A DNA stretch of 64,000 nucleotides, taken from NCBI GenBank assembly GCA_041167565.1, contig JBEEHU010000004.1:10699-74698 (forward strand), given 5' to 3'. Shown here piece by piece: positions 19,370-27,770 of the stretch. This stretch comes from Verrucomicrobiota bacterium (GTDB lineage: Bacteria; Verrucomicrobiota; Verrucomicrobiia; Chthoniobacterales; UBA10450). The notes under the pieces are model-generated. The model did not search any database. It was given only the letters and a program-made list of their open reading frames with translations, and was not told where the DNA came from. Every line of letters begins with the position of its first letter. Position 1 is the stretch's first letter. Both the position numbers and the translations under genes were made by a program.

Positions 19370-20555
19370 TATTGAACATCGATTGCCGCCTGGCCTGGTT
19401 CCGACTCCGGTCGATGTCAGCATTGTCGTGCCGGCTTTGAACGAAGAGATCACCGTTGGCGAATTCGTCGACTGGTGCAAGGAAGGGCTGGAGCGGGCTG
19501 GAGTGACCGGGCAGATTCTGATCGTGGATAGTTCGACCGATAAGACGCCCGAGATTGTCCTGGCTCATGGCGGGGAGGTGCTGCGCACTCCCAAGCGTGG
19601 ACTTGGCCGCGCCTACATCGATGCGGCCACCTACATCCGGGGCCAATGGATTGTCATGGGTGATGCCGACCTGACCTACGATTTCCGCGAACTAGCTCTC
19701 TTTGTGGAAGCTTTCCACAAAGGCGCCGAGTTTGTCATGGGCAGCCGTTTTCGTGGCAGCATCGAGAAAGGTGCGATGCCCGGACTGCATCGTTATTTTG
19801 GCACGCCCCTGACGACCTGGATCTTGAATAGGATTTATCACAGCAGCTACTCCGATATCCATTGCGGCATGCGCGGCCTGACTCGGGCGGCCTTGGAGAA
19901 GATCAACTTGAAGTCCCAGTCTTGGGAGTACGCCAGTGAGATGGTGCTCAAGGCGGCACGATTGCGTCTGGCTACCGCCGAGGTGCCGGTGAAGTTTTAC
20001 AAAGACCGGGAGGGGCGGTTCAGTCATCACCGCCGGATGGGCTGGCTCTCTCCCTGGATTGCCGGGTGGTTGAACCTGAAAGTCATGTTGGTGTATACCC
20101 CCGACTCCTTTCTGCTGAGGCCAGGAATTCTCCTTACGGCCATCGGCGCGGTTATCGCCAGCGCGCTGGCCTTGGGACCGATCACGATCGGCGGAGTGGG
20201 CTTTAGCCTCTACTGGATGCTTTTCGGAGTAACCTGCGTAACTCTCGGTTACAGTTCCATTCAGATCGGAGTGCTGGCGAGAGTGATGCACGGGCTGCGC
20301 GCTCAGTCCCTGAGACGATTGCGCCAGGCACTTACCTATGATCGCGGGATGGTCATGTCAGGAGGCTGCGTGCTGGTCGGTATTGTTCTACTGAGCACGC
20401 TCGTCTACCATTATCTGAATGCCGAATTCCGTCTATACGAGATCTCGCATCCGGCAATCTTCGGGCTGCTCCTTATCATTGTCGGCTTCCAGACTTTCTG
20501 CTTCACCTTGTTACTGGAGATGGTGCAGAGGATAGCTCCCGAACAAAAAGCGTGA
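19362..20555 (+). CDS. family-2 glycosyltransferase with C-terminal transmembrane domain (polyprenyl-phosphate glycosyltransferase-like, GtrB/ArnC-type)
   Basis: VSIVVPALNEE, IVDSSTD and GDADLTYD (DxD), followed by ~4 hydrophobic helices. 8-nt overlap with the upstream gene. Confidence 0.8.
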   Translation: MSDIEHRLPPGLVPTPVDVSIVVPALNEEITVGEFVDWCKEGLERAGVTGQILIVDSSTDKTPEIVLAHGGEVLRTPKRGLGRAYIDAATYIRGQWIVMGDADLTYDFRELALFVEAFHKGAEFVMGSRFRGSIEKGAMPGLHRYFGTPLTTWILNRIYHSSYSDIHCGMRGLTRAALEKINLKSQSWEYASEMVLKAARLRLATAEVPVKFYKDREGRFSHHRRMGWLSPWIAGWLNLKVMLVYTPDSFLLRPGILLTAIGAVIASALALGPITIGGVGFSLYWMLFGVTCVTLGYSSIQIGVLARVMHGLRAQSLRRLRQALTYDRGMVMSGGCVLVGIVLLSTLVYHYLNAEFRLYEISHPAIFGLLLIIVGFQTFCFTLLLEMVQRIAPEQKA

Positions 20556-21169
20556 ACGCCCGCACTCACGAGGCCTATGGCGAACAGCGCCTCACCTTCG
20601 TCGATCGCGCCGGCGTCTGGCTCTCGCAGCGTGCCATCTCACGTTATCTTCCCCATCGTTCGGACTTGGAGGTCCTGGAACTGGGTTGCGGCTTTCGCGC
20701 GACGCAACTCAGGGCGCTCGGGCCGCGCTTGAAGCGTGGCATCGGGGTCGACTTCCGGATTGCTCAGGAACCCCGGGCATCGCAAAAGTTCACGTTTCAT
20801 GAAGGCTCAATCGAGGAAATCCTTCCGAAGCTCGAGGGCGAACGCCTTGATGCCGTCATGCTCATCTCGGTCCTGGAACACCTGCGCGATCCACTCTTCG
20901 TCATGGAAACGGCGCGAGGGATGCTCAAGCCTTCGGGTGTGCTTCTGATCAATGTTCCAACCTGGCGCGGTAAGAGCTTCCTGGAGTTCTCCGCCTTCCG
21001 CCTTGGCCTTAGTCCCAGGATCGAGATGGATGACCATAAGATGTATTACGACAAGCGTGACCTTTGGCCTTTGCTGGTGCGGGCGGGTTTCAAGCCGAGC
21101 TTGATCAAGCTTCGTTACCATAAGCTTGGCCTCAATCTTTTCGCGGCAGCTACTCGCGAGAATGTCTAA
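20552..21169 (+). CDS. class I SAM-dependent methyltransferase
   Basis: VLELGCGFRA motif I and ISVLEHLRDP. GTGA start/stop overlap with the GT2 gene. Confidence 0.75.
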   Translation: MNARTHEAYGEQRLTFVDRAGVWLSQRAISRYLPHRSDLEVLELGCGFRATQLRALGPRLKRGIGVDFRIAQEPRASQKFTFHEGSIEEILPKLEGERLDAVMLISVLEHLRDPLFVMETARGMLKPSGVLLINVPTWRGKSFLEFSAFRLGLSPRIEMDDHKMYYDKRDLWPLLVRAGFKPSLIKLRYHKLGLNLFAAATRENV

Positions 21170-21941
21170 CGATCCTCGTTCTTCGCCCGACGACTGGGAC
21201 GCGCATTGGGAACACTACGCCGAGTCGGCCGCCCAGAATCCGGCGCAACGGATGCGCCACGAAATCATCGCGCGTTTGCTTTGTCAGACTGCCGCGAATG
21301 GTCCTGCGCGCATTTTTGATCTCGGCAGCGGCCAGGGCGATCTGGCGCAGAAACTCGATACTCTGCTGCCTGAGGCGCAGTTATTCGGGGCGGAGCTCAG
21401 CGAACAAGGCGTGGCAATTTCCCGGCGCAAGGTTCCTCGAGCCACCTTTATCGTTGCCGACATCTTCCAACCGCCACCATCGCTCGACGAATACGCCGGC
21501 TGGGCGACCCACGCCGTCTGCGCCGAGGTGCTCGAACATGTGGATGATCCCGTAGCGTTTCTCCAGAGGGCGCGCCATTATCTCGCGCAGGACGCGACCC
21601 TGATCGTCACCGTGCCCGGCGGTCCCATATCGGCCTTCGATCGCCACATAGGGCATCGCCAACATTTCGATCGCCGAAAGATGCATCGGATCATCGAGCA
21701 GGCGGGGTACTCGGTCGAAGGCGTTTACCTGAGCGGGTTCCCTTTTTACAACTTATATCGCCTTCTGGTCATCGCCCGCGGCAAACGGCTGGTGCGCGAT
21801 GTGGAAGCCGAATCGAGCGGCGCTGCTTCGACCCTGGCCGGATTTATCATGAAGGTGTTCCATCCTCTTTTCCATGCTAACCTGCTTGACTCACCATTCG
21901 GCTGGCAGGTGGTAGCCGTGGCCCGCAAAACTTCGCCATGA
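21162..21941 (+). CDS. class I SAM-dependent methyltransferase
   Basis: ORF trimmed to ATG 21162 (MSNDPRSS). IFDLGSGQGDL motif I and CAEVLEHVDDP. Confidence 0.75.
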   Translation: MSNDPRSSPDDWDAHWEHYAESAAQNPAQRMRHEIIARLLCQTAANGPARIFDLGSGQGDLAQKLDTLLPEAQLFGAELSEQGVAISRRKVPRATFIVADIFQPPPSLDEYAGWATHAVCAEVLEHVDDPVAFLQRARHYLAQDATLIVTVPGGPISAFDRHIGHRQHFDRRKMHRIIEQAGYSVEGVYLSGFPFYNLYRLLVIARGKRLVRDVEAESSGAASTLAGFIMKVFHPLFHANLLDSPFGWQVVAVARKTSP

Positions 21942-22918
21942 TCATTACCCGCTCACCCCTTCGCATTTCGCTCGGCGGCGGCGGGACCGACCTGCCCTCT
22001 TACTATCGGGAGCATTCCGGGTTTCTGATTGCGGCCGCGATCGACAAATACGTTTACATCAATGTCCACCGGCGCTTCGTGGAAGGCTTTCTTCTAAAGT
22101 ATTCGCACCTGGAGGAAGCCGCCACGATCGATGAGATCAAACATCCGATCATCCGCGAGGCGCTTAAGCTGGTAGGCATTCAGGAGCGCAATCTCGAGAT
22201 AACCAGCATGGCGGATATCCCGGCCGGCACGGGCCTGGGATCTTCCGGCAGTTTCACTACTGCGTTGTTGAAAGCCTTTCATACCTTGAGGAAGAATCTC
22301 GTGCATCCGGCCGAGCTGGCGGAGCAAGCTTGCTGCATTGAGTTGGAAAAACTGGGCGAACCGGCCGGAAAACAGGACCAATACATCTCGGCCTATGGCG
22401 GCCTCACTTGCTTTCGTTTCATGCCCGATGGCCGGGTAGAAGCCGCGCCTTTGAAGGTCTCGGAGGAGACCTTGTTCAACCTGGAAGATAACCTGTTGCT
22501 CTTCTTTACCGGTTACTCTCGCGCCGCCTCCGCGATCCTTAGGGAACAGGATAGTAAGAGTAAGCAAGCCGACCCAGCCATGTCCGATAACCTTCATTTC
22601 ATCAAGGAGCTCGGTAAACAGAGCCAGAAGGCGTTGGAAAGTGGCGACCTTATCGAATTCGCGCGGCTCATGGATGTGCACTGGCAACGCAAGAAGGAGC
22701 GCTCCTCAGGGATGAGCAACCCACACATCGATGCCTGGTACGATTGCGCGATGGCAAATGGCGCCCTGGGCGGAAAGGTCATCGGCGCCGGCGGCGGCGG
22801 TTTTCTCATGTTCTACGCGGATGACAAAGTGAAGTTGCGACATGCGATGCGCGAAAAAGGCCTGACTGAGGTGCGCTTCCGTTTTGACTTCGAGGGCACC
22901 AGGATACTCAACCAATGA
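21938..22918 (+). CDS. hddA: GHMP kinase, D-glycero-alpha-D-manno-heptose 7-phosphate kinase-like
   Basis: PAGTGLGSSGSFTTAL GHMP ATP motif. ATGA overlaps on both sides. Lies next to gmhA, gmhB and hddC. Confidence 0.75.
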   Translation: MIITRSPLRISLGGGGTDLPSYYREHSGFLIAAAIDKYVYINVHRRFVEGFLLKYSHLEEAATIDEIKHPIIREALKLVGIQERNLEITSMADIPAGTGLGSSGSFTTALLKAFHTLRKNLVHPAELAEQACCIELEKLGEPAGKQDQYISAYGGLTCFRFMPDGRVEAAPLKVSEETLFNLEDNLLLFFTGYSRAASAILREQDSKSKQADPAMSDNLHFIKELGKQSQKALESGDLIEFARLMDVHWQRKKERSSGMSNPHIDAWYDCAMANGALGGKVIGAGGGGFLMFYADDKVKLRHAMREKGLTEVRFRFDFEGTRILNQ

Positions 22919-23661
22919 AGCCAGCGGCCGAGGCCTTCGATCTGGCGGAGTGGCCCGCGGCGATTCTTGCTGGCGGCTTGGCTAAGCGTCTGAGACCGAT
23001 CACGGAGACAATTCCCAAAGCGCTGGTGGACGTTGCGGGCCAGCCCTTTCTTTCGCACCAACTGCGGCTGCTGCACGGCGCGGGCGTGAGGAAGGTGGTG
23101 CTCGGTGTTGGTTATCGAGGAAAGATGATCGAGGAGGAATTCGGCGATGGCGCCGCCTTTGGGATCGAACTGAAATATTCCTTCGATGGTCCAGACCTGC
23201 TTGGCACTGGTGGCGCAATCAAAAAGGCGCTTCCTCTATTGGGTGAAAGGTTCCTGGTCTTATACGGCGATTCGTATTTGCCGATTGACTACACAGCGCC
23301 GGCCCGCGCTTTTGCACAAAGCGGCAAACCCGGCTTGATGACAGTGTTCAAGAATGAAAACCGCTGGGATCCGAGTAACGTTTGGTTTGAAGCGGATGAG
23401 ATCAAGCAATACGACAAGCGCAACCTGCGTCCGGAAATGAAACACATCGATTACGGCCTGGGCTTTCTCCGTCCCGCTGCCTTCGCTCATCGTCCTGAGG
23501 TGACGCCATTCGACCTCGCCGATCTCTATCAGGATTTGGTGCGCGAGAAACAACTGGCCGGCTACGAAGTGAAGCATCGCTTCTACGAGATCGGCTCGCC
23601 GCAAGGCCTAGCTGAACTTGACTCCATGCTGCGCGCCCAACAACTCCCGGTTACGCTATGA
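22915..23661 (+). CDS. hddC: sugar-1-phosphate nucleotidyltransferase, heptose 1-phosphate guanylyltransferase-like
   Basis: AILAGGLAKRLRPITETIPKALVDVAG (G-x-G-x-R-L signature). Confidence 0.7.
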   Translation: MKPAAEAFDLAEWPAAILAGGLAKRLRPITETIPKALVDVAGQPFLSHQLRLLHGAGVRKVVLGVGYRGKMIEEEFGDGAAFGIELKYSFDGPDLLGTGGAIKKALPLLGERFLVLYGDSYLPIDYTAPARAFAQSGKPGLMTVFKNENRWDPSNVWFEADEIKQYDKRNLRPEMKHIDYGLGFLRPAAFAHRPEVTPFDLADLYQDLVREKQLAGYEVKHRFYEIGSPQGLAELDSMLRAQQLPVTL

Positions 23662-24254
23662 GCTATTCCGAACAACATCTCCGTGAAACGGCCGAGGTCG
23701 TCGCAAAGCTGGACCCGATTCTTTGCGAGAACGCGGTCGAGCTTCTCTCCAAGGTCCGAGCGCGCGGCGGCCGTCTTTTTATTCTGGGCGTTGGGGGCAG
23801 CGCCGCGAACGCGTCTCATGCCGTGAATGATTTTCGCAAGATCGCCGGCATGGAGTGTTATGCCCCGACTGATAATGTTTCCGAACTGACAGCCCGGACG
23901 AACGATGAAGGTTGGACCACAGTCTTCGTGGAGTGGCTCAAAGGGAGCCGTCTTACGGACAAGGATGCCCTGCTCGTGTTATCGGTCGGCGGCGGCAGCG
24001 TGGAAAAAAATGTGAGTCCCAATCTGGTCGCCGCTTTGCAACTGGCGAAAGAGCGCGGGAGCTCGGTCCTCGGCATCGTCGGTCGCGATGGCGGCTACAC
24101 AGCCCAGGTCGCCGATGTCTGCATTATCATTCCCACGGTCAATCCGATGAATACGACGCCGCATGCGGAAGCGTTTCAAGCGGTGGTCTGGCATTTGTTC
24201 ATTTCTCATCCCGCGCTGAAAACCGCGCAGACGAAATGGGAGAGCACGAAATAA
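23658..24254 (+). CDS. gmhA: SIS-domain phosphoheptose (sedoheptulose-7-P) isomerase
   Basis: LGVGGSAANASHAVNDF and LSVGGGS motifs, 198 aa. Confidence 0.8.
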   Translation: MSYSEQHLRETAEVVAKLDPILCENAVELLSKVRARGGRLFILGVGGSAANASHAVNDFRKIAGMECYAPTDNVSELTARTNDEGWTTVFVEWLKGSRLTDKDALLVLSVGGGSVEKNVSPNLVAALQLAKERGSSVLGIVGRDGGYTAQVADVCIIIPTVNPMNTTPHAEAFQAVVWHLFISHPALKTAQTKWESTK

Positions 24255-24823
24255 AACACCGCGCGGTATTTCTCGATCGCGACGGCGTCCTCAATCGGCC
24301 CCTGGTTAAAGATGGGCTTCCCTCCCCGCCCGCCCAGCTCAGCGAGTTCGAGCTGTATCCGGACGTGGCGGCAGGCTGCGCCCGACTTAAGCAGGCCGGC
24401 TTCCTTCTTATTGTTGTCACTAACCAACCCGATGTTGGCCGCGGAACTCAAACGCGCGAAGCGATCGACGCCATGCACGGTAAGTTACGGGCCGAGATCC
24501 CAAGCCTAGACGCCATCGAAGTTTGTTTTCACGCCGGCAGCGCTCACGGCGATCCATGCGATTGCCGGAAGCCAAAACCGGGCATGCTGTTGCGCGCGGC
24601 GGCGACGCACCACATCGACCTGAAGCGAAGTTTCCTCATCGGCGATCGATGGCGCGACGTCGATTGCGCCCATGCCGCCGGCTGCCGCGCGGTTTTCATC
24701 GATCGCGGTTACCGGGAAAAACTGCGAGAGCGGCCAGAGTTCACGGTTTCGAATTTTAGCGAGGCTGCCGCTGCTATCCTGCACGCGATTGCGCAAAACG
24801 ACTTGTCGGAGCCACGGAGTTAG
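24236..24823 (+). CDS. gmhB: HAD-family D,D-heptose 1,7-bisphosphate phosphatase
   Basis: ORF 23912-24823 trimmed to MGEHEIKHRAVFLDRDGVLN (DxDG), VTNQPDVGRG, CDCRKPKPGM and GDRWRD. Confidence 0.85.
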   Translation: MGEHEIKHRAVFLDRDGVLNRPLVKDGLPSPPAQLSEFELYPDVAAGCARLKQAGFLLIVVTNQPDVGRGTQTREAIDAMHGKLRAEIPSLDAIEVCFHAGSAHGDPCDCRKPKPGMLLRAAATHHIDLKRSFLIGDRWRDVDCAHAAGCRAVFIDRGYREKLRERPEFTVSNFSEAAAAILHAIAQNDLSEPRS

Positions 24824-24840
24824 CACTAGCGTCCGGTATC

Positions 24841-25566
24841 ATGAAGACAAAGCTGCTCGAGGATTTGCCGATAAAGATTTTCGCTGACGGCGCGGATCGT
24901 GAAGGCATCGCAGCGCTTTATGCGAAACCCTACATCAAAGGCCTCACAACTAATCCGACGTTGATGCGCAAGGTCGGCATTCCCGATTACGAAAAGTTCG
25001 CGCTAGCCGTCCTCGAGGTCGTGAAGGAGAAGCCGATTTCGTTCGAAGTCTTTTCCGATGAATTTCCGGAGATGCGCCGCCAGGCGCTCAAGATCGGAAA
25101 GTGGCAGGAGAACGTTTATGTTAAGATTCCCATCACCAATACCCGCGGTGAATCGGCGCTGCCCCTGATCCGGGAGCTGAGCGCTGAAGGCGTGAAATTG
25201 AATCTCACCGCGATCCTCACCCGCGAGCAGGTCCGGGGCGTTGCTGAGGCGGTTAGCCGTGAAGTTCCGTGCGTCGTCTCGGTCTTTGCCGGGCGCGTAG
25301 CGGATACCGGCGTCGATCCCATTCCACTCATGAAAGAGTCGCTGGAAATTTTGCGCGAACGTCCCGCGGCGGAACTGCTCTGGGCCAGTGTCCGCGAGGT
25401 GTTGAATATCTTTCAAGCCGCCGCCTGCGGTTGCCACATCGTGACGGTGCCGCACGACATTCTCGAAAAGGTAGCCAAGCTTGGCGGGATGGATTTGGCC
25501 GAGCTATCGCTGGATACCGTCCAAATGTTTCACCGCGACGCCGTAGCCGCCGGCTTCAAGTTATGA
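24841..25566 (+). CDS. transaldolase-family protein (short Fsa/TalC type)
   Basis: GLTTNPTLM and VYVKIPIT (Schiff-base Lys), 241 aa. Confidence 0.8.
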   Translation: MKTKLLEDLPIKIFADGADREGIAALYAKPYIKGLTTNPTLMRKVGIPDYEKFALAVLEVVKEKPISFEVFSDEFPEMRRQALKIGKWQENVYVKIPITNTRGESALPLIRELSAEGVKLNLTAILTREQVRGVAEAVSREVPCVVSVFAGRVADTGVDPIPLMKESLEILRERPAAELLWASVREVLNIFQAAACGCHIVTVPHDILEKVAKLGGMDLAELSLDTVQMFHRDAVAAGFKL

Positions 25567-26544
25567 GTAATGAGACAGGTGCTCGCGAAAGTAACTCAAG
25601 GTAGACTCGATTGTTTCACGGAGCGTTCTCTTCGGCGTCCAACCTAAGTCGGCAGTTATCTTAGAGAAATCCGCATAGTAGTCGCCAATATCGATAGCGC
25701 GGCGATCGGCGGGAAACTCGCGAATGGCATACTCACCGGAGCCATTCACCTCGACCATCAGCTTCGCGAGGCTGATCAGATCAACGACTTCGCTACCACC
25801 CAGGTTGTAGACTTGTCCGTTAGTGGATGGGCTGGCGGCTGCCATGAGAAAGGCATCCACGGCATCTTCGACGTCCGTGAAATCGCGCAGTTGTTTTCCG
25901 CCCCACACCTCGATCGGATTGCCTTCGAGCAACTGACGGATCCACAGACCCACAAAGGTCTGGCGCGCGTCCTTGATTCGCATCCTGGGCCCGATCGTGT
26001 TCGTCAAGCGCAAGGCAGTCGCGTGCATTCCATAAAGGTCGCTATAGAGAAGATGATACTTTTCGCCCGCCATCTTGTTGATCCCATTAACGTCCACCGG
26101 GTTCAGCGGATGGGTCTCCCCCACCGGTAAGTGATCAGGCCGTCCGTAAATTTGCCGGGTGCTGGCAAAGACGATTTTGATCTGTGGGTTGTGGGCGCGA
26201 CAAGTCTCAAGGATCGAAAGCTGCGCCTGACAATTGATCTCCAGGTCCGGCATCGGATTCAGCATTGAATCGAGATGGCTGGTTTGTCCGGCCAGGTTAA
26301 AGAGATAGTCCTTCTCCTGGACCAGGTAGCGCAGGCTATGGCTATCGCGAACGTCAGACACGTTAACCTGAAGGCGCTCTTGTAATCCTTCGACGTTATG
26401 AAGGTTGCCGCCGTAGTCCGGAATCAAGCTATCGACCACCGTAATGGACGCGCCCAGGCTATCCAGGCGTCGCGCCAGATTGGAACCGATAAAGCCGAGG
26501 CCTCCGGTGATCAGGACGCGCGCTCCCTGGAATTGGTCTTTCAT
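25561..26544 (-). CDS. NAD-dependent sugar epimerase/dehydratase (extended SDR)
   Basis: Trimmed to MKDQFQGARVLITGGLGFIGSNL. YxxxK appears in GINKMAGEKY-type context. ATGA overlap with the upstream aminotransferase. Confidence 0.85.
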   Translation of the reverse strand: MKDQFQGARVLITGGLGFIGSNLARRLDSLGASITVVDSLIPDYGGNLHNVEGLQERLQVNVSDVRDSHSLRYLVQEKDYLFNLAGQTSHLDSMLNPMPDLEINCQAQLSILETCRAHNPQIKIVFASTRQIYGRPDHLPVGETHPLNPVDVNGINKMAGEKYHLLYSDLYGMHATALRLTNTIGPRMRIKDARQTFVGLWIRQLLEGNPIEVWGGKQLRDFTDVEDAVDAFLMAAASPSTNGQVYNLGGSEVVDLISLAKLMVEVNGSGEYAIREFPADRRAIDIGDYYADFSKITADLGWTPKRTLRETIESTLSYFREHLSHYS

Positions 26545-27662
26545 GATTGCCCAACTTTCCATTCGTTACAGGCAGCGATCACATGATCCACTTCTGCATC
26601 AGTTAAAAAAGGATGGACCGGCAGGGATAGCTCGCACCGCGAAAACCGGCGGGCGTTGTCAGGCTGCACCGCATTCTGCCACGACCCTTTCGTTAGCGCC
26701 GTCTGCTCGGAAATAATGTGCGGATAATGGACGCCGGTCATAATGCCGCGAGTCTCGAGATGACTCCGAAGGTCATCGCGCGATCCTTCCGCGGCAAGGA
26801 TGGGGAAGAGATGCCAGACCGGAGCCATGGCGGAATCGGGCGCAAAAAGTTGAATCGAGGGATGCTTGATTCGGCTTAGATACTTTTGCGCCGTGCGTCG
26901 CCTCGCCTCCGTCCAGTTTTCGAGATTGGGCAGCAGGGCCGAGCGCAGCACCGCCGCGTGAATCTCATCGAGTCGGCTATTGAGGCCGAGCATGGAATGA
27001 ACGTAATGCTCGGTTTGTCCGTAATTGCGCAGAGTCCTGGCCGCGCTCGCGAGAGCAGCGTCATTTGTTAAGAGCGCGCCGCCATCCCCCATCGCTCCGA
27101 GATTTTTTGTCGGATAGAAACTGGTCGCCGCTACCTGACCTACTGTTCCCACGCCGCTGCCTCCATGAGACGCGCCGATGCTTTGCGCACAGTCTTCCAC
27201 TACGCGCAGTCCGAAATCTGCCTTCAGCCGCGCCAGCTCCTGCATTGGCAGGGGGAATCCATAAAGATGAACAGGCAGGAGAAAACGGATCGACCGGTCT
27301 TTCTCGAGGACCTCGCGACATTGCGCCAGATCAATACCGCCAAAGTCATCGACGTCGACGAAGACCAGCATCCCGCCAGCGCGCAGGATGGCGAGCGTCG
27401 TCGCGAACGCCGAGAGAGGCGTCGTCAAAACCTTCTCGCCCGGCTGCAGATCGAGACAGCGCAGACCGATCTCGATGGCGTCGAGACCATTGCCAGTCCC
27501 GACCGCATGAGATACGCCCCACGATTTTGCGAGAGCAATTTCGAAAGCTTCTACTTCTTTGCCCAGAATGTACCACCCGCTCGCGCCCACGCGCCGGACT
27601 GCGTCCAAGGCCGGTTCCTGCACGAACTTCCACTGCTGCTTGAAATCGTTCTGAAGAATCAT
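26541..27662 (-). CDS. DegT/DnrJ/EryC1/StrS-family sugar aminotransferase
   Basis: Trimmed to MILQNDFKQQWKF. SFYPTKNLGAMGDGG carries the PLP Lys. Confidence 0.85.
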   Translation of the reverse strand: MILQNDFKQQWKFVQEPALDAVRRVGASGWYILGKEVEAFEIALAKSWGVSHAVGTGNGLDAIEIGLRCLDLQPGEKVLTTPLSAFATTLAILRAGGMLVFVDVDDFGGIDLAQCREVLEKDRSIRFLLPVHLYGFPLPMQELARLKADFGLRVVEDCAQSIGASHGGSGVGTVGQVAATSFYPTKNLGAMGDGGALLTNDAALASAARTLRNYGQTEHYVHSMLGLNSRLDEIHAAVLRSALLPNLENWTEARRRTAQKYLSRIKHPSIQLFAPDSAMAPVWHLFPILAAEGSRDDLRSHLETRGIMTGVHYPHIISEQTALTKGSWQNAVQPDNARRFSRCELSLPVHPFLTDAEVDHVIAACNEWKVGQS

Positions 27663-27770
27663 TCCCACACTCCTGCCTGCGTGAGGATGTATCCGGTCAA
27701 TCCATAACCCAAACAAGAACGTTTTTCCGATTGGCAATCAGGCCGGCTTCTGTTCAATGCACTCAGCGTT

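Noticed and set aside
23912-24235. N-terminal 108-aa extension of the gmhB ORF, and similar extensions at 6384-6605, 9998-10279, 1234-2217 and 26545-26562
   Set aside because: The extensions overlap upstream genes out of frame or are Arg-rich. Internal Met codons coincide with the family-typical N-termini and with ATGA-type coupling.
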